A stretch of 64,000 bases of DNA from assembly GCF_009914755.1 (NCBI RefSeq), contig NC_060947.1; one strand, written 5' to 3'. Position 1 is the stretch's first letter. Each line of letters begins with the position of its first letter. The stretch is from the human T2T-CHM13v2.0 reference genome, Homo sapiens. Below are positions 43,270 through 56,480 of this stretch, piece by piece. A program made the translations under genes and the position numbers. The notes under the pieces are model-generated. The model had not been told where the DNA came from. It made no database searches and was given only the letters and a program-made list of their open reading frames with translations.

Positions 43270-43630
43270 CCGCCTGGCTCACTGTCAAGAGTTCCTGCAA
43301 AGTAATCTCCTTTGTGCTACTTTATTTCTAGTTTTGCCCTTCACTTCCTAGACTTACTCTCATCATAGGCGTCCACTTCAGTATTTTATATATGTTCTTG
43401 GATATATATGTATATTTGTGAAAGTACATTCTGACATTTTGTGTGCTATCTACATAAATATTACTCTATAGATCACACATTGTTACTATTTTCCATTTAA
43501 TACTCGACTTTTTTCAGAATCCATCCATGTTGCCATATGTACATCTAGTTCATTTCTTGTGGCAATTGGATAGTATTCTATGGTATACATCTAACATATA
43601 TATATTGGTGCATTTTCCCAGTGATGGCTA
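43270..43630 (-). mobile_element. L1MC/ME 3' fragment
   Basis: ATCCATCCATGTTGCCATATGTACATCTAGTTCATT. Confidence 0.55.
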
Positions 43631-44069
43631 GCTATTATCTATAAAGCAGAATTATCTAGAAACTCAAAAGGTTTCTAAATATGTTCACAGTTTATATGAA
43701 CTTCACCAATTGATTTTGCTCATCCCTACTATTTTATAGATGAGAAAATCAAAGAGAACTATCCAAGACAGTCCATCAGAACTAGCAGCATCTAACAAAA
43801 CACTAACCAAGACAATATAAATTCACAAGGCTATCGCCAAGAGGCAGAATTTACCTTCTCATTAGGAACTGACAAAGGCAGAGAGATCATGCCATTTGGT
43901 GACACAGAAAATCTTACGTACAGTGTCCTCATAGTCTGGGAACATGATATGGACATGGATTCACTTAGATATGCACGTTGACAGAGCCTTACATGAAGAA
44001 AGTGTAGAAATTCAGGCTCCCAAAGGAGCTGCTGTGTGAATTCAGGAGGTACTCTGCTTACTTTAGTAT

Positions 44070-44270
44070 GTAGAGTGAGAGATCTTCAGCTACCTTCCCT
44101 AGGTCTAAGTCCCAGCTTTGCCAATTAAGAGATCTATAACCTTGAGCAAGCTGCTTCAATCCTCCTGCCATCATGTCCTCATGGGGTAAAATGAGGATTA
44201 AATAAGTTAATATTTGTAAACCCTTAGAGTTGTGCTAGGAGCATAAGAAGTGCTTTATAAGCGTCTGTTG
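44070..44270 (+). mobile_element. MIR
   Basis: CCCAGCTTTGCC...ACCTTGAGCAAG...GAGGATTAAATAAGTTAATATTTGTAAA. Confidence 0.7.
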
Positions 44271-45619
44271 AGTAAATATATATAAAACTCATGGGAAGTA
44301 GATTGTATTTTGTAAAACTGGAAGCTATCTACTTCCCATGGGTTTTATGAGGGTAGATATAAATGCATTAAGTGTGTCTAATTGTGTATTACCATTCATT
44401 ATATTCCTAATCGTCCTTAAAAATATTATTTAAAAAAATTCCTACTACTCTTTTAAAAGAATATTCCCAATATTCTTTAAGAATAACAAAGCCCCATTCA
44501 AATGAACAGGTCCTAAAATCCGGATAGGATAGGCAACTAAATGGAATGAAAGTAAAATCTGGCTCTACTTGAATATTCGGTGTATAGCTTTCATAGGGCA
44601 GAAATTAGATTCAGTATTCATAGGGTTCCATCAGAGTTCACTGTTAACCAAGGCTGTATGAAGAGGCCAATCAAGTAGGTGGAAGAAGCAAGGACACTAT
44701 AGACTAATAGAATCATGAGTCCTATCAATGGCAAGTAAATTTAGGGAACAGGAAGTGCAGTCCTTTGCTTAATAAAGGGGGAATTTGAGATACCAGAAAA
44801 GTTAAAAGGAAAAAAAAAAAGCTTTGTCTGAAGTCAAAGAATCAATCAGCTGCAATGCTCAAAGACTCAATCCAAGGTTCTTTCAACTGTATCATGCACA
44901 AACTCAAATTCCCATGTATTAGAAGTGCATGCATCAGACTTTTTTCAAATCATACAAAGAAGATAAATTGGGGGAGATTATTCACTTTGAAATAAAAAGG
45001 CTGCTTTAAAAAGGAACTCACAGCAGGGTTCCTTAAATAGCAGCTCTCCTCCTGCATTTGAAATTAGACCTTACTCCTATGGAACATGAGGTGCCCCAGT
45101 AGTAGTGCAGAGTCCTAGTCCCCCAAACACTAAAGAAAGACTCTGATTAAGTTTGAAATTAATTTCATTTGCATACATAATCATAGTCATGACTTCATAA
45201 GCATATAAATTAGAGAGGCTATGAAGATGAGCATTCCTTATTTTTATAAATACAGAAAAACTGCAAAGCCAGAGTAGCCTTGGGGAAGGGCACATTCGAG
45301 TTTGACTTGGTAAGTGGTTAATTCTCGGTTTGTTATGCACAGTCCCTCTAGATCAATGGTGTTTTTCACTCACAGGGCCATGTGTCACTCCCCGTCTGAG
45401 AAAACTGGGACTCCTGTCTTTCTCCCTGATTTGACTGTGATTTCCTCAAGGGCAAGGACAAAGATCTTGATGTACTCATCTTTGTGTCTCTACTGTTCAG
45501 CACAAGGTCTGGCACGGAAAAGAAGGTATGCAATGACTGGTGGTTGAAGAAAAAGTGAAGGAGTCGACTAATGTTTCTTCAAATCAAGTTTGAGTTTTTC
45601 ACATATAAATCTGTAAACT

Positions 45620-47560
45620 AAGAGACATGTGATGATCTGTGTATAGAAACTAACAAAAAAGTGAATACATAGTTTAGCAGACGGTGATAAATGCTGTGGG
45701 AACAAAAGCAGTGCAAGGGTACAGAGAGTGCTTGGGAGGCTGAAGGGGGTTTGGAATTTCAAGCAGAGAGATCAGGCAAGGCATTGTGAAAGTGCTATTT
45801 GAGCAAAGATTTGAAGATGGTAACAGACTAAGCTAATAAGCTATACTGTCACTCAGGAGAAGAGCATTCCAGGCAGAGGCAAGGACTCACTCAAATGCCT
45901 TAATGTCAGAGCCTGCCTGTTTGAAAAACAACAAAAAGGCCTATGTAACTAGAGGAGAGAAGAGGGTGGGGAGGCGGCAGTGTAGTAGGACATAGGGTTA
46001 GAAAACTAACTTAGGTCCAATATAATGAAGGAATTGGTAGGCCATTGTAAGGGAAGCCAATGGAAGATTCAAAGCAGGAAACTGACATGATGTGACTTAT
46101 GTTTAAAAAAAATCACTCTGGTTTCTGTGATTAGAATATGCCATGGGGGCGAGGGATGAAGCAGGGTGACCTATGAAGAGACCATCTTTAATAATTTAGG
46201 TGAAAGAGAATGGTAACTCAGATTAGGTTGGTAACAGAGGATATAGTGGGGAGTGGGAAAATTCTGGATAAACTTTGAATATGGAATAGACAGTGTTTTC
46301 TAACAGATTAGATGTTGAATATGAGAAAAAGAGAAGCATTAAGGATGATCCAAAGATTTTTGGCTTAAGAAACTGGAAGCATGAAGTTTCCATTTACTAA
46401 AATGAGGAAGGCTTTGGAGGAGCAAGAATGTGTTTGGTGGGTGAGGTGCAGAGATTAGGAGTTCGGTATGGACATATTAAACCTAAGATGTCTAGTAGAC
46501 ATCTGCGAGAAGTCGTAGAATGGGTGGCTGGATTGACGGCAGGGGCCAAGGCTGGAGACACCATTAGGGTACTCATCAGCAGATGGATGGCATTTAAAGC
46601 CAAGATATTTAATAAAATCAAATGTTATCAGTTGAATTGTGCTCCCTTCAACATTTATATGTTGAAGTCTTAATCTCTAGTACCTCAAAATGTGACCTAA
46701 TTTAAAGAAAGTGTCTTTACACAGATAGAATTAAAATTAGGTATTAGGTTGGCCCTATTCCAATACAAACTGTGACCTTATGGATAGGAGAAATTTGGAC
46801 GCACACACACAGACACACAGAATACCCTGTCAACATGAAGACATCAACATGAAGACACCCATCTATAAGCCAAAGAGAGAGGCTTGGAGTAGACCTTCCC
46901 TCACAGCCCTGAGAAGGAACCAACCCTGTCATGTTAAAACCTTGATCACAGATTTTCAGCCTCCAGAACTGAAGTACTTTGTTACAATAACAAACTAATG
47001 TATCAACCTAATGAGTAAGTGTGGATGCAAAAAGATGTGCAAGAACTAAACTGAACCCTGGATCACTACAACCTTTAGAGTTCATGAAGAATAAGAGTAT
47101 CAGCAAAGGAGATTGAGATGGACCAGTCAGGGAGATGGAAGAAAAACCAGAGAAATACTGAAATCCAAGTCAAGGAACTGTTACAACAAAGAACGAGTGA
47201 TCAGCTTTATCAATTACTACTTATAGTCAAGTCATATGAGGGCTTATAACTGTTCATTGCATTTAGCAATGTAGATTTCCTTGCTGATCTGAAAAGAACA
47301 ATTTTAGCAAAATAGTGGGATGAAAGCTTGATTGGAATGGGTTCAAGAGAGAAAGAGAGATGAGCAATTAGAAATAGCAAAAACAGTTTTACTCTTTTTT
47401 AGAGGTTTGATGAAAGAGAGCAAAGAAGTGAGGTGGTAGTGAAAAAGATGTGTAGAGAGAGAGTTGATTCTTACCGTTGAAGAAATCACAGGAAGTTTGT
47501 ATTAGACATGATCCATTGCATCAAAATTGGTTAAATAATGGTTATGAATTGCTTATACAA
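45620..47560 (-). mobile_element. Long L2 (L2a-like) interrupted by an MLT1 LTR
   Basis: GAAGAGCATTCCAGGCAGAGG, AAAATCACTCTGGTTTCTGTG, AAGGATGATCCAAAGATTTTTGGC and GATTGGAATGGGTTCAAGAGAG. Confidence 0.85.
46623..47002 (+). mobile_element. MLT1B-like MaLR LTR
   Basis: TGTTATCAGTTGAATTGTG...CCCTCACAGCCCTGAGAAGGAACCAACCCTG...CAGCCTCCAGAACTG; TSD TCAAA/TCAAC. Confidence 0.85.
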
Positions 47561-48777
47561 TGTCTTTGTAGAGGGATTAGGATCTAATCTCAATGGAAGG
47601 GCAACAAAAAAGAAGGCCAAGTATAATACAAAATAGTATAGTATAGTATGGCATAGTATAGGACAACCGTGACAATTTAATTAGATAACATGGTGAAAGC
47701 TCTTACACTGTACCTGCCACAATGTGGCTGTTCAATAATCATTATTATTAGGTATTATTCAAATGTTGTTTAACTACTCTCTTCCCTTCCCTCTCTCCTA
47801 TTTTCCTCTCATGTGAATCACCTACATATAAGTGTATAAGATGTCATGAATATAGCTGAGATTATCTTAAGAGAGTAGATAGAGAAGGATACCTCTGAGT
47901 ATTTCAAAGTTTAGAGATCAGAAAGATGAAAAGGGACCTGGAGAATGAACAACTTGAAGGGTAGAAGAAAAACTGTACAAGGAAGCAAAAAGGGGAAGTA
48001 TTCCTTAGACTGCATGGAAATAAAAGATAACAGACATCCTAACTGTGTAAAGTCTCTACAATGTCAGTAAGCTGCAGGGGATCCTGAGGAAAAAGCAGAA
48101 AGATAAAAGTTGCCTAGTAGTCTGCTCTCATCTGACTTGGGAAGAAGGGAAATGAGAAGGAAGTGACCTGGGCTACTATAGTCCCCAAATCTCATTGTAG
48201 TTCACATCAAGGTTTGAATCCTGCTTTGAATCCTCCATTGGCTTCCCTTACAATGGCCTACCAATTCCAAAGAAGTCAAGTCTGTGCATCTTACATAATA
48301 TCATTTGGATTTTTAAACTATCAACCATACTTTCCTCTCTGCAATATCATAAATCTACACTTTGCCACCTCAATCAGATTAATCTAATGCCCCTTTTCAT
48401 CAAATGCATCTTCTATTTGAGGACAATCTGTCCTAAAGTTTTGGCTAACATGTTTAATGTTCTCTTCTATAAATAGAAATTGTGTCACACACTCAGAGAA
48501 GTTTCCAATTATGCAAACACATCAATTCCAGAAACCCTGATAGACTTTTTGGATTGCTCTTCTCAGGGCTGATGTAGATTTAAAAAGTTATTTTCAATGA
48601 TTTCATTGCTAGAGTTCTTAAATCTTTATTGCCTCTGGATTTTTTGGTTTTCAATTTATAAAGTAAACATTAAGGTCCAGAGAAAGAGTTAAGTTTTTAA
48701 TATGCAGACTAGCGACAAATAATTCACTCAACTATTTTGATAAGACAGAGGTATACTCTGCCAGAAGGCTTAAAATA

Positions 48778-48918
48778 TAATTTTCTAAGTGTGATCCCCA
48801 GGCCACTTTCATCAGAACTGCCTTCTGTACCAGAATCTCTGAAGACGGAGTTCAAGAATCTGAATTTCTAAAAGTGTCTTAAGTGATTGTTAGGAAAAAT
48901 AAGACTTGAGAACCACTG
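48778..48918. mobile_element. MER5 MITE
   Basis: CATCAGAA...CAGAATCTCTG...TTGAGAACCACTG. Confidence 0.65.
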
Positions 48919-49259
48919 CCTTAAACTACACTGTGAACCAAAGAAAGAGGGAATGTACAGTAGGACCCTGTGGCTGAAGCATTAAGTGCCATGGGATGAG
49001 GCTAGTGTTCACTAGCAACTCATTTGTAATTTCATTTGTAAAGTTAAAGATGTTATCTCTTAGGTCATGAAGAACCATCAGAGAATTTTTATTTCCTCAT
49101 TTTAGAGGTATAATACCTTCATTAGAATGCAAGCTTACTAGAGCAGGAATGAACTTTATTCCACCATACTTAACATGGTGTCTAACTTATAGTAATGTGC
49201 AATAAATGTTTGTTGCACTAAATGGAACATTACAAGTGAATGGGGAAAGGATGGACCAA

Positions 49260-50480
49260 TGGAAAAATGGTCCTGGAAAATTGGTTATCCATTCAGAAAT
49301 AAAGAAATTGGGTTCCCTCCCTCATACCACAGGCAAAATTCAATCCCAAGTGGATTAGAAATCTAAACAAGAAAGCAAAGTTTTAAAACGTCTATAAGAA
49401 ATTACTAAACCTTAGTGTATGAAAAGATTTTCTGAACAAGATACAGAATGTACACATAATTTTAAAAAGATTATTAATGCAACAATAAAAAGTCTGTGAC
49501 AAAAGATATAATTTATAAGAGTATAAAAAGGCACAGAATAGGCGAGACTGTCTACAATACATTGAATTGAATACCAACAAGGGCTTGGCATTCAGAATAG
49601 ATACTGTCTGCTCTAAATAAGAAATATGGCAAGCAACCAAAATGTTTAAAAAAATAAGCAAAGAACATTAGCAAACACTGAGCATAATAGGGAAAATGAC
49701 CAATAAACACATGAAAAGGTGCTTAATACCACGAGTAATGAGAAAATGAAAATTAAAACTACAACGTGATACCATTTGAGAAAAATATTTGTTATGTCAA
49801 TTTCTAGTTTTGGCAAAAAAGCAGAGCAATTGAAATTCTCATGTTTTCTGATAGAAGTATAAACTGATGTAACCACTTTAAAAACCAAATTAGCAAATAT
49901 GCAGTAAAGATTTGTACGCATCAAGTCAATAAGTTAACTTCTAAGTACACTGTCTAGAAGAAAATCTAATATGTGGGCACAAAAAGATATATACATGAAT
50001 ATTTTCTTGAGTCATAGACAATTTTTGTCAACACAGTATCACAAAAAATTGGGAAAGAACACTAATGTATTTCAACAGGAGAATAAATTGTAGCATAGAA
50101 TTACATATAATGAAAATTAATAAATAAGAGCGATACATATCAACCCAGGAAAATCTCAAGAACATAAGGTTAAGTGAATGTAACAAGCTGAAAAATATGT
50201 AGAGTATATTACCTGAATAGATATATAAAAATGTTTAAACCCATAATAAGATACATTATTTCTAATTTGTGCATATTATTTTAAAACAAAGACATGCATA
50301 AGAAAGAAAAACATCAAACCCTGAAAAATGTTTGTTTCTGGAGTAGAGTGGAACTAGATGTCTAGTAATGTTTTCTTTCTAAAATAACAATAGTAAATCT
50401 GAAGCAAAAAGAGGCAAAATACTAAAGATTTGATAAAGGTACAATGGGTGGCCACACAGGTATTGGCTACATCATTCTCA
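49260..50480 (+). mobile_element. Ancient L1ME/MD 3' region
   Basis: AAACACATGAAAAGGTGCTTAA...GAAAATGAAAATTAAAACTACAACGTGATACCA. Confidence 0.7.
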
Positions 50481-50564
50481 AATGAGTGCCTAAACTGTGG
50501 TGTTGCTGATGAGACTGAATAAGAAGAAATTAATCCAAATGATATGTTAAAATGATAGAATTAT

Positions 50565-50712
50565 CTAGACACGGTGATGTTCTCCTGTAGTCCTAGCTAA
50601 TTGGGAGGCTGAGGCAGGAGGATCACTTGAGCCCAGGAGGCTGCAGTGAGCAATGATAGAGCCCTGGGCAATAGAGCAAGACCTCATCTCTAAAATGCAA
50701 AAGAAAAAGAAA
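50565..50712 (+). mobile_element. Alu monomer (FRAM/FLAM-like)
   Basis: CCTGTAGTCCTAGCT...GAGGCAGGAGGATCACTTGAGCCCAGGAG. Confidence 0.75.
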
Positions 50713-50859
50713 GAATTAACAAGGTATGGTGATTAAATGAACATAGAGGATATGGGTCAGGTGGTTAAATGAATATAGAGGATATGGGTCACGTCAGAGT
50801 CAGTAGTAACTCCCAGTTTTCAGACTTGGGTGAACAGGTGGTATCATTTACTGAGATAA

Positions 50860-51402
50860 AGAAATACCATCTGACCCAGTCATTCCATTACTGGGTATAT
50901 ACCCAAAGGATTATAAATCATGCTGCTATAGACACATGCACACGTATGTTTATTGCGGCACTATTCACAACAGCAAAGAATTGGAACCAACCCAAATGTC
51001 CATTAATCATAGACTGGATTAAGAAAATGTGGCACATATACACCATGGAATACTATGCAGCCATAAAAAAGGATGAATTCATGTCCTTTGTAGGGACATG
51101 GATGAAACTGGAAACCATCATTCTCAGCAAACTATCGCAAGGACAAAAAAACCAAACACCACATGTTCTCACTCATAGGTGGGAATTGAACAATGAGAAC
51201 ACCTGGACACAGGAAAGGGAACATCACACACCGGGGCCTGTCCCCCCCGGTGGGGGGAGGGGGAGGGATAGCATTAGGAGATATACCTAATGCAAATGAT
51301 GAGTTAATGGGTGCAGCACACCAGCATGGCACATGTATACATATGTAACAAACCTGCACATTGTGCACATGTACCCTAGAACTTAAAGTATAAAAAAAAA
51401 AT
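50860..51402 (+). mobile_element. L1PA4/5 3' end, 5'-truncated
   Basis: ORF2 C-terminus DTCTRMFIAALFT...WIKKMWHIYTMEYYAAIKKDEFMSF; 3' end GTACCCTAGAACTTAAAGTATAAAA. Confidence 0.93.
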
Positions 51403-51569
51403 TTATAGAAGGAGGAATATTTGAGGTGAGGTAATTAATTTTGTTTTGAGTGAACAGAGGCAGAAAGATAAATGATTTCAAGCTTATTGATCATTTCTGA
51501 GTACTGCTACATATCAATATGGCTGGTATATTGCTGTCTATAGCAGAAAGTAGTAATTGTATTTCATCT

Positions 51570-52465
51570 TTCCTAGAATCAGGGATTTTGTCTGTAAGTA
51601 CCATTAGATCACCAAGTCCAACTCTGAATTTTAGAGATAGGTAAACAAAAACCAGAGAAGGGTAGTAACTAGCTCAAGGTCACACAACTATTGAGAGGAG
51701 AATCTGGGACTAGAACCAAGATCTGATTCCAAGTTCTTTAACATTATATTAATATTATAGCTATTATAGCTTTCTGTGAGGCTGGCCACCTGTCTTCTGA
51801 CCTCACCTTCAGCGTCCCCTCCCCAGGAAGGCCTTCCTGACCATCCCACAGATAGTCCATCCTCTCCATACCTTGAACAGGCTGCTCATTTGTTTCCTTT
51901 AGTCTGCCTCTGAACTTGGTGCTTTGGGAGTTTTAGTAACAACATTTTATGAGTTTCTGCCACAAAAAAATAGCAAATTTCCAATATATTGCTCTTTTTT
52001 TCTAGAGAACTACCAAAAAAATTTATTTACAAGTTTTATATGGTATGCACATTTAAATACTCCTCAGAAATGTGCTATCTTTTCCAAACCAGTACCACTT
52101 TGCTGACTCATATTTGGCATACAAGAGGCTCTGAAAATAACTATTTAGTGAAGGACAACTATGTACTCAGTCTTGTACAATGTACTGGTAGCTATACATA
52201 ATTTAACAAACCTGATAACATCTCTATTTTAGATATTGTTCACATTTGACAGATAAACTGTAACCAAGATAGGTAATATACTTTCCAGAGACAAATACAA
52301 ATTAACTACTTTTATGTTTTCCATTTTTAAAGAAAAAGAGGTAACAGAAACAAATAGACCAAACAATATGCCCAAGATCACAGGGCTAGCAAGAGACACA
52401 ATCAGGATTTGAACCCAGGCAGTCTGGTTTTCGACTCTGTTCGTAATTAATCACTATGCTGTACT
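51570..52465 (-). mobile_element. MIR fragments (about 51570-51740 and 52140-52465) with small L2 pieces between
   Basis: GCTCAAGGTCACACAACTA and GCCCAAGATCACAGGGCTAG...GGATTTGAACCCAGGCAGTCTG. Confidence 0.7.
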
Positions 52466-53689
52466 GTCTCTTGCAAAACGAGTGCTTTCTAAATATTGGC
52501 TAAAAGTTTGAAGGAGGTGATTAATTATTCCTAGGGCTACTTTGTAGTGGAGCTGTTGTTACTTTGGTTGGGCATGAAAAGAATAAGAGCATTTTTATTT
52601 GTAGACAAGGAGGGAAAAGTGGTGGCTGAGAGAACTTCATGAGTATAGGTCATGATACGCCTGCGGGGTGCCCACTGTTTGGGGAAATGACAAGCAGCTT
52701 ATAATCAGAAGTAGAGGAAATTTGAAGGGAAATCATAGAGGATGAGATGAGATTTGAAAAGTAGGTAGAGATCATGTGGGGAAGAGCATAAGTTCCCAAG
52801 GAGCAGAAGTTTCTGAGAAAAGGGGTATAAGGCAGAAGAGCTAGATTCTCTAAGTTATAGCCCCTAAGGAGGAAGACTCATAATCCAAGGCTGAAAGGAA
52901 CAGTGAAGGCCTAGAAGACCATGAAACAAGAGTCTGGATGCAGACATTTTTGCTTATTAGATAGTCCTGTGGCCTTTCGTTCACTTTTCTAGCAATAATT
53001 TGATTTTTTAAAATTTTAAATAATGCCGTTGCTTCTTTAGCTTGCTCTCTTTCTCTGCTAAAAAAAAGACATTCTTCTCTTTTATCCTCTAGAAGATTAT
53101 GGTATGGTTTTAGAAGGAAACGGGATCAAAAATTTTAGAGTGTTTCTTGGGTCTCTTACTGAGATTTACTTCAGGACAGTTCAGCCTATTTCAATCACAT
53201 AAGTTTATAAAGGTAAAAACCATCTTACTCCTATGGGGCTTTGGCAGGGGGAAATGGTATTTCGCTCTGAGTGAAGGATGGGGCGCCATCTGCAGGGCTA
53301 GTTTGAAACTAAGCATTTGCCTGGATTAAAAACAAGCAACAAGCCCTAAACACAGTGGTTTTCAAACTTAAGCAGTGGAGCCTGTTTCAAATCTATCATT
53401 ACATGGAACTTTGCTATATAAACCAGATAAAAGCAGTAGTTATTATAACTTGTTTATTTTGTAGAAGCAAAGTTTTAAGTATTTATTGATCACATTACAC
53501 ATGAAGGTGTTGTGGTTTACGTAATTCAAAATCAAGGTTTTAAATAACCTCTCATGTTTCCTCAATAACCAATTCATTTCTCTATATTGTTGTGATTTCA
53601 TAGTATGAAGACAAGTCCTAATTCATACAAATAAGTATTTACAAATTATAATTGTTTTTAATAGTGTACCTTTTTCAGTCTATTTTTTT

Positions 53690-54765
53690 AATTATATTCC
53701 AAAAGCTACCATTTATGTATAGAAACATTGATAGAGGTTAAAAGAAAGGGCAAAGATTCATCAAGTAAATTCAAGTAGATTTAAAGTAGTCTTGACAATA
53801 CGAAATTCATACAAAGAGAATTCAAAGCAAAAGGCATTAAACTGGGAAAGGAGAGTCATATTTCATTGATTAAAAGAAAAAATCACAAAAACTAATATTA
53901 AACTGTTAGAAATACAAGGAAAACACATTTCTTAGCATTATATCACAGCATTATTCATAGTATTATTCATAATGGTAAACTGAAAATAACCAAAGCTACA
54001 TAAATACATAGTTCTAAATAAAACACTGGAAAATGATAAGCAAAATATATCAGAATATTATCAATGATAATGCAGGAAGTAATATGATCAGATTTACATT
54101 TGATAAAAATGAAAGATTCCACTCACAGTAGCCTAAATTAAAACATGGCGTCTATATAAAGAGAATATTAAATTTTGCTGGCAGCATACAGGATTTGAAT
54201 AAATGGAAAGATATGCCATATTCTTAGGAGGGAAGAATTAATAGAGCAAAAATGTCCATTCTTCCCTTAATTATTCATAAGTTGAACAGAATCATAGGCT
54301 AAACCCTCAATAAAATTGAACTAAAGTTTTTACAAAAGGTTAAAATTCACAAGAATATTGGAGAGTAATTTAAGAAAATTTTGGAAAGAGGAATGCTGAG
54401 TCCAGAACTGCCCTCCCAAAAGAGAGTATATTTTGACAGGTATTTGTTAAAGTACTAGCAGACCAGTACAACAGAAGGTAGAACCCTAAAATGAACTCTA
54501 TGAGTTTAGGATTTCCAGATTTGGCAACCAAATTTAACCATACATGGTGGAGAAAATAGCAGAAACTTCACCAACCCCAAGACCAACTTAAATAAACAAA
54601 CGTGGGCAAATATTTGCCACAAATACATCACATCAAGTCACTGTTAATGACCTTACTATTGTTTTTCAAACCATTAAGGGCAAACACTACCCAAAGAGAA
54701 ATAATAAAGGATACAAATCAAAATTTCACCAAAAATGAAATGTCAACGGCCAATAAATATATAAC
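53690..54765 (+). mobile_element. Ancient L1M ORF2 fragments
   Basis: GATTTGAATAAATGGAAAGATATGCCATATTC and GGGCAAATATTTGCCACAAAT. Confidence 0.55.
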
Positions 54766-54772
54766 ACCGTGT

Positions 54773-55215
<443 letters not shown>

Positions 55216-55240
55216 TTATAAATCAGGATTTCTTATTTTC

Positions 55241-55382
55241 TTTTATTTTATTATTACTATACTTTAAGTTTTAGGGTACATGTGCACAATGTGCAGGTTA
55301 GTTACATATGTATACATGTGCCATGCTGGTGTGCTGCACCCATTAACTCGTCATTTAGCATTAGGTATATCTCCTAATGCTA
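55241..55382 (-). mobile_element. L1PA2-4 3' tip (about 140 bp)
   Basis: TATACTTTAAGTTTTAGGGTACATGTGCACAATGTGCAGGTTAGTTACATATG...CTCCTAATGCTA. Confidence 0.93.
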
Positions 55383-55439
55383 CTTTTTTTTAAAAAAAGT
55401 ATTTTCCTATTGTTATTTGCATGAGGAATCTCTCTTATT

Positions 55440-56480
55440 TTTTAGCTCCCTGCTTGAATGTCACCTCTTCAGAGAGGACTTCCCTGGCTGTCTTATTGAA
55501 GTAGCCACACACACCTCTAACAGGCACACTTGTTCTTCATGATTGCAATGCAGTGTCCTTCATAGCACATACCTTAAGAATACCTACATTTGTTTGTTGT
55601 CTCTCTGCTCCACTAGTCTACAACTTCCACAAAAGTAAAGAATATGATTCATTTACCAATACCATATACATCCAGTTCGTAGCATGGTGTCTGGCACAAG
55701 GCAGGCACTCAATTTTTGTCAAATGAATGAATAAATGAATGTAGTTTTCTCCTATTCTATTTTGTTTTGGTTTCATTTTTATGAAAATACCTGGTGTTAG
55801 CCAAGACTGTCTAAAGTCCTATCATATACTGCTAGCGGGGGATAAAAAACAGTGCAGGTATATTGGAAGTCAATTTTTCCATATTTTAATATATAAGTCA
55901 GATCTTATCTCTCCTCTGCTCAAAACTTTCCAAAGACCTACCCACAGAGTCAAAGCTAACGTTCAGAAAGCCCTACGGATTCTACACGGTCTGTCATCCT
56001 CTAACCCTGCTCAATCACCACTGTTCTGGCCATACAGCCTATTGTTCTCCCCAACTCACTCCACTCCAGCCACACTGACTTCCTTTTGATTCCCCAAATA
56101 TCCCATACATGTGCCTGGCTCATATATATTTGCAATTACTTATGCCTGGGATGCTCCTCTCTGGATGTATAAATGGCTCCCTTCATCCCCTCCTTTATGT
56201 TTTCCTTCAAATATCACCTTAGTAGGGAGAGCTTCTCTGACCACCTTACATAAATAGTTGCTCCTAATCTCATTACTCTGCATTATTTTCCTCCATAATA
56301 CACATCACCATCTGACGTGTCATATATATATTTTTTAATTGTCCATTTTTCCTCACAAAACTGTCAGCTTCATGGGTACAGGACAGGGATTATTTGTTTT
56401 GTTCACTACTACATATCTAACCCCTACAAGGGAGCCTGGCATATAGTAGATTCTCAATAAATGTGTGCTGACTGAAGGAA
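55440..56480 (+). mobile_element. Two L2 3' ends (about 55440-55742 and 55880-56480)
   Basis: AATGTCACCTCTTCAGAGAGG...AATGAATGAATAAATGAAT and CACTCCAGCCACACTG...CCTGGCATATAGTAGATTCTCAATAAATG. Confidence 0.85.

Noticed and set aside
50769-51290. Longest ORF in the track (173 aa)
   Set aside because: Chimeric read-through from an L2 remnant into the L1PA ORF2 C-terminus and 3'UTR.
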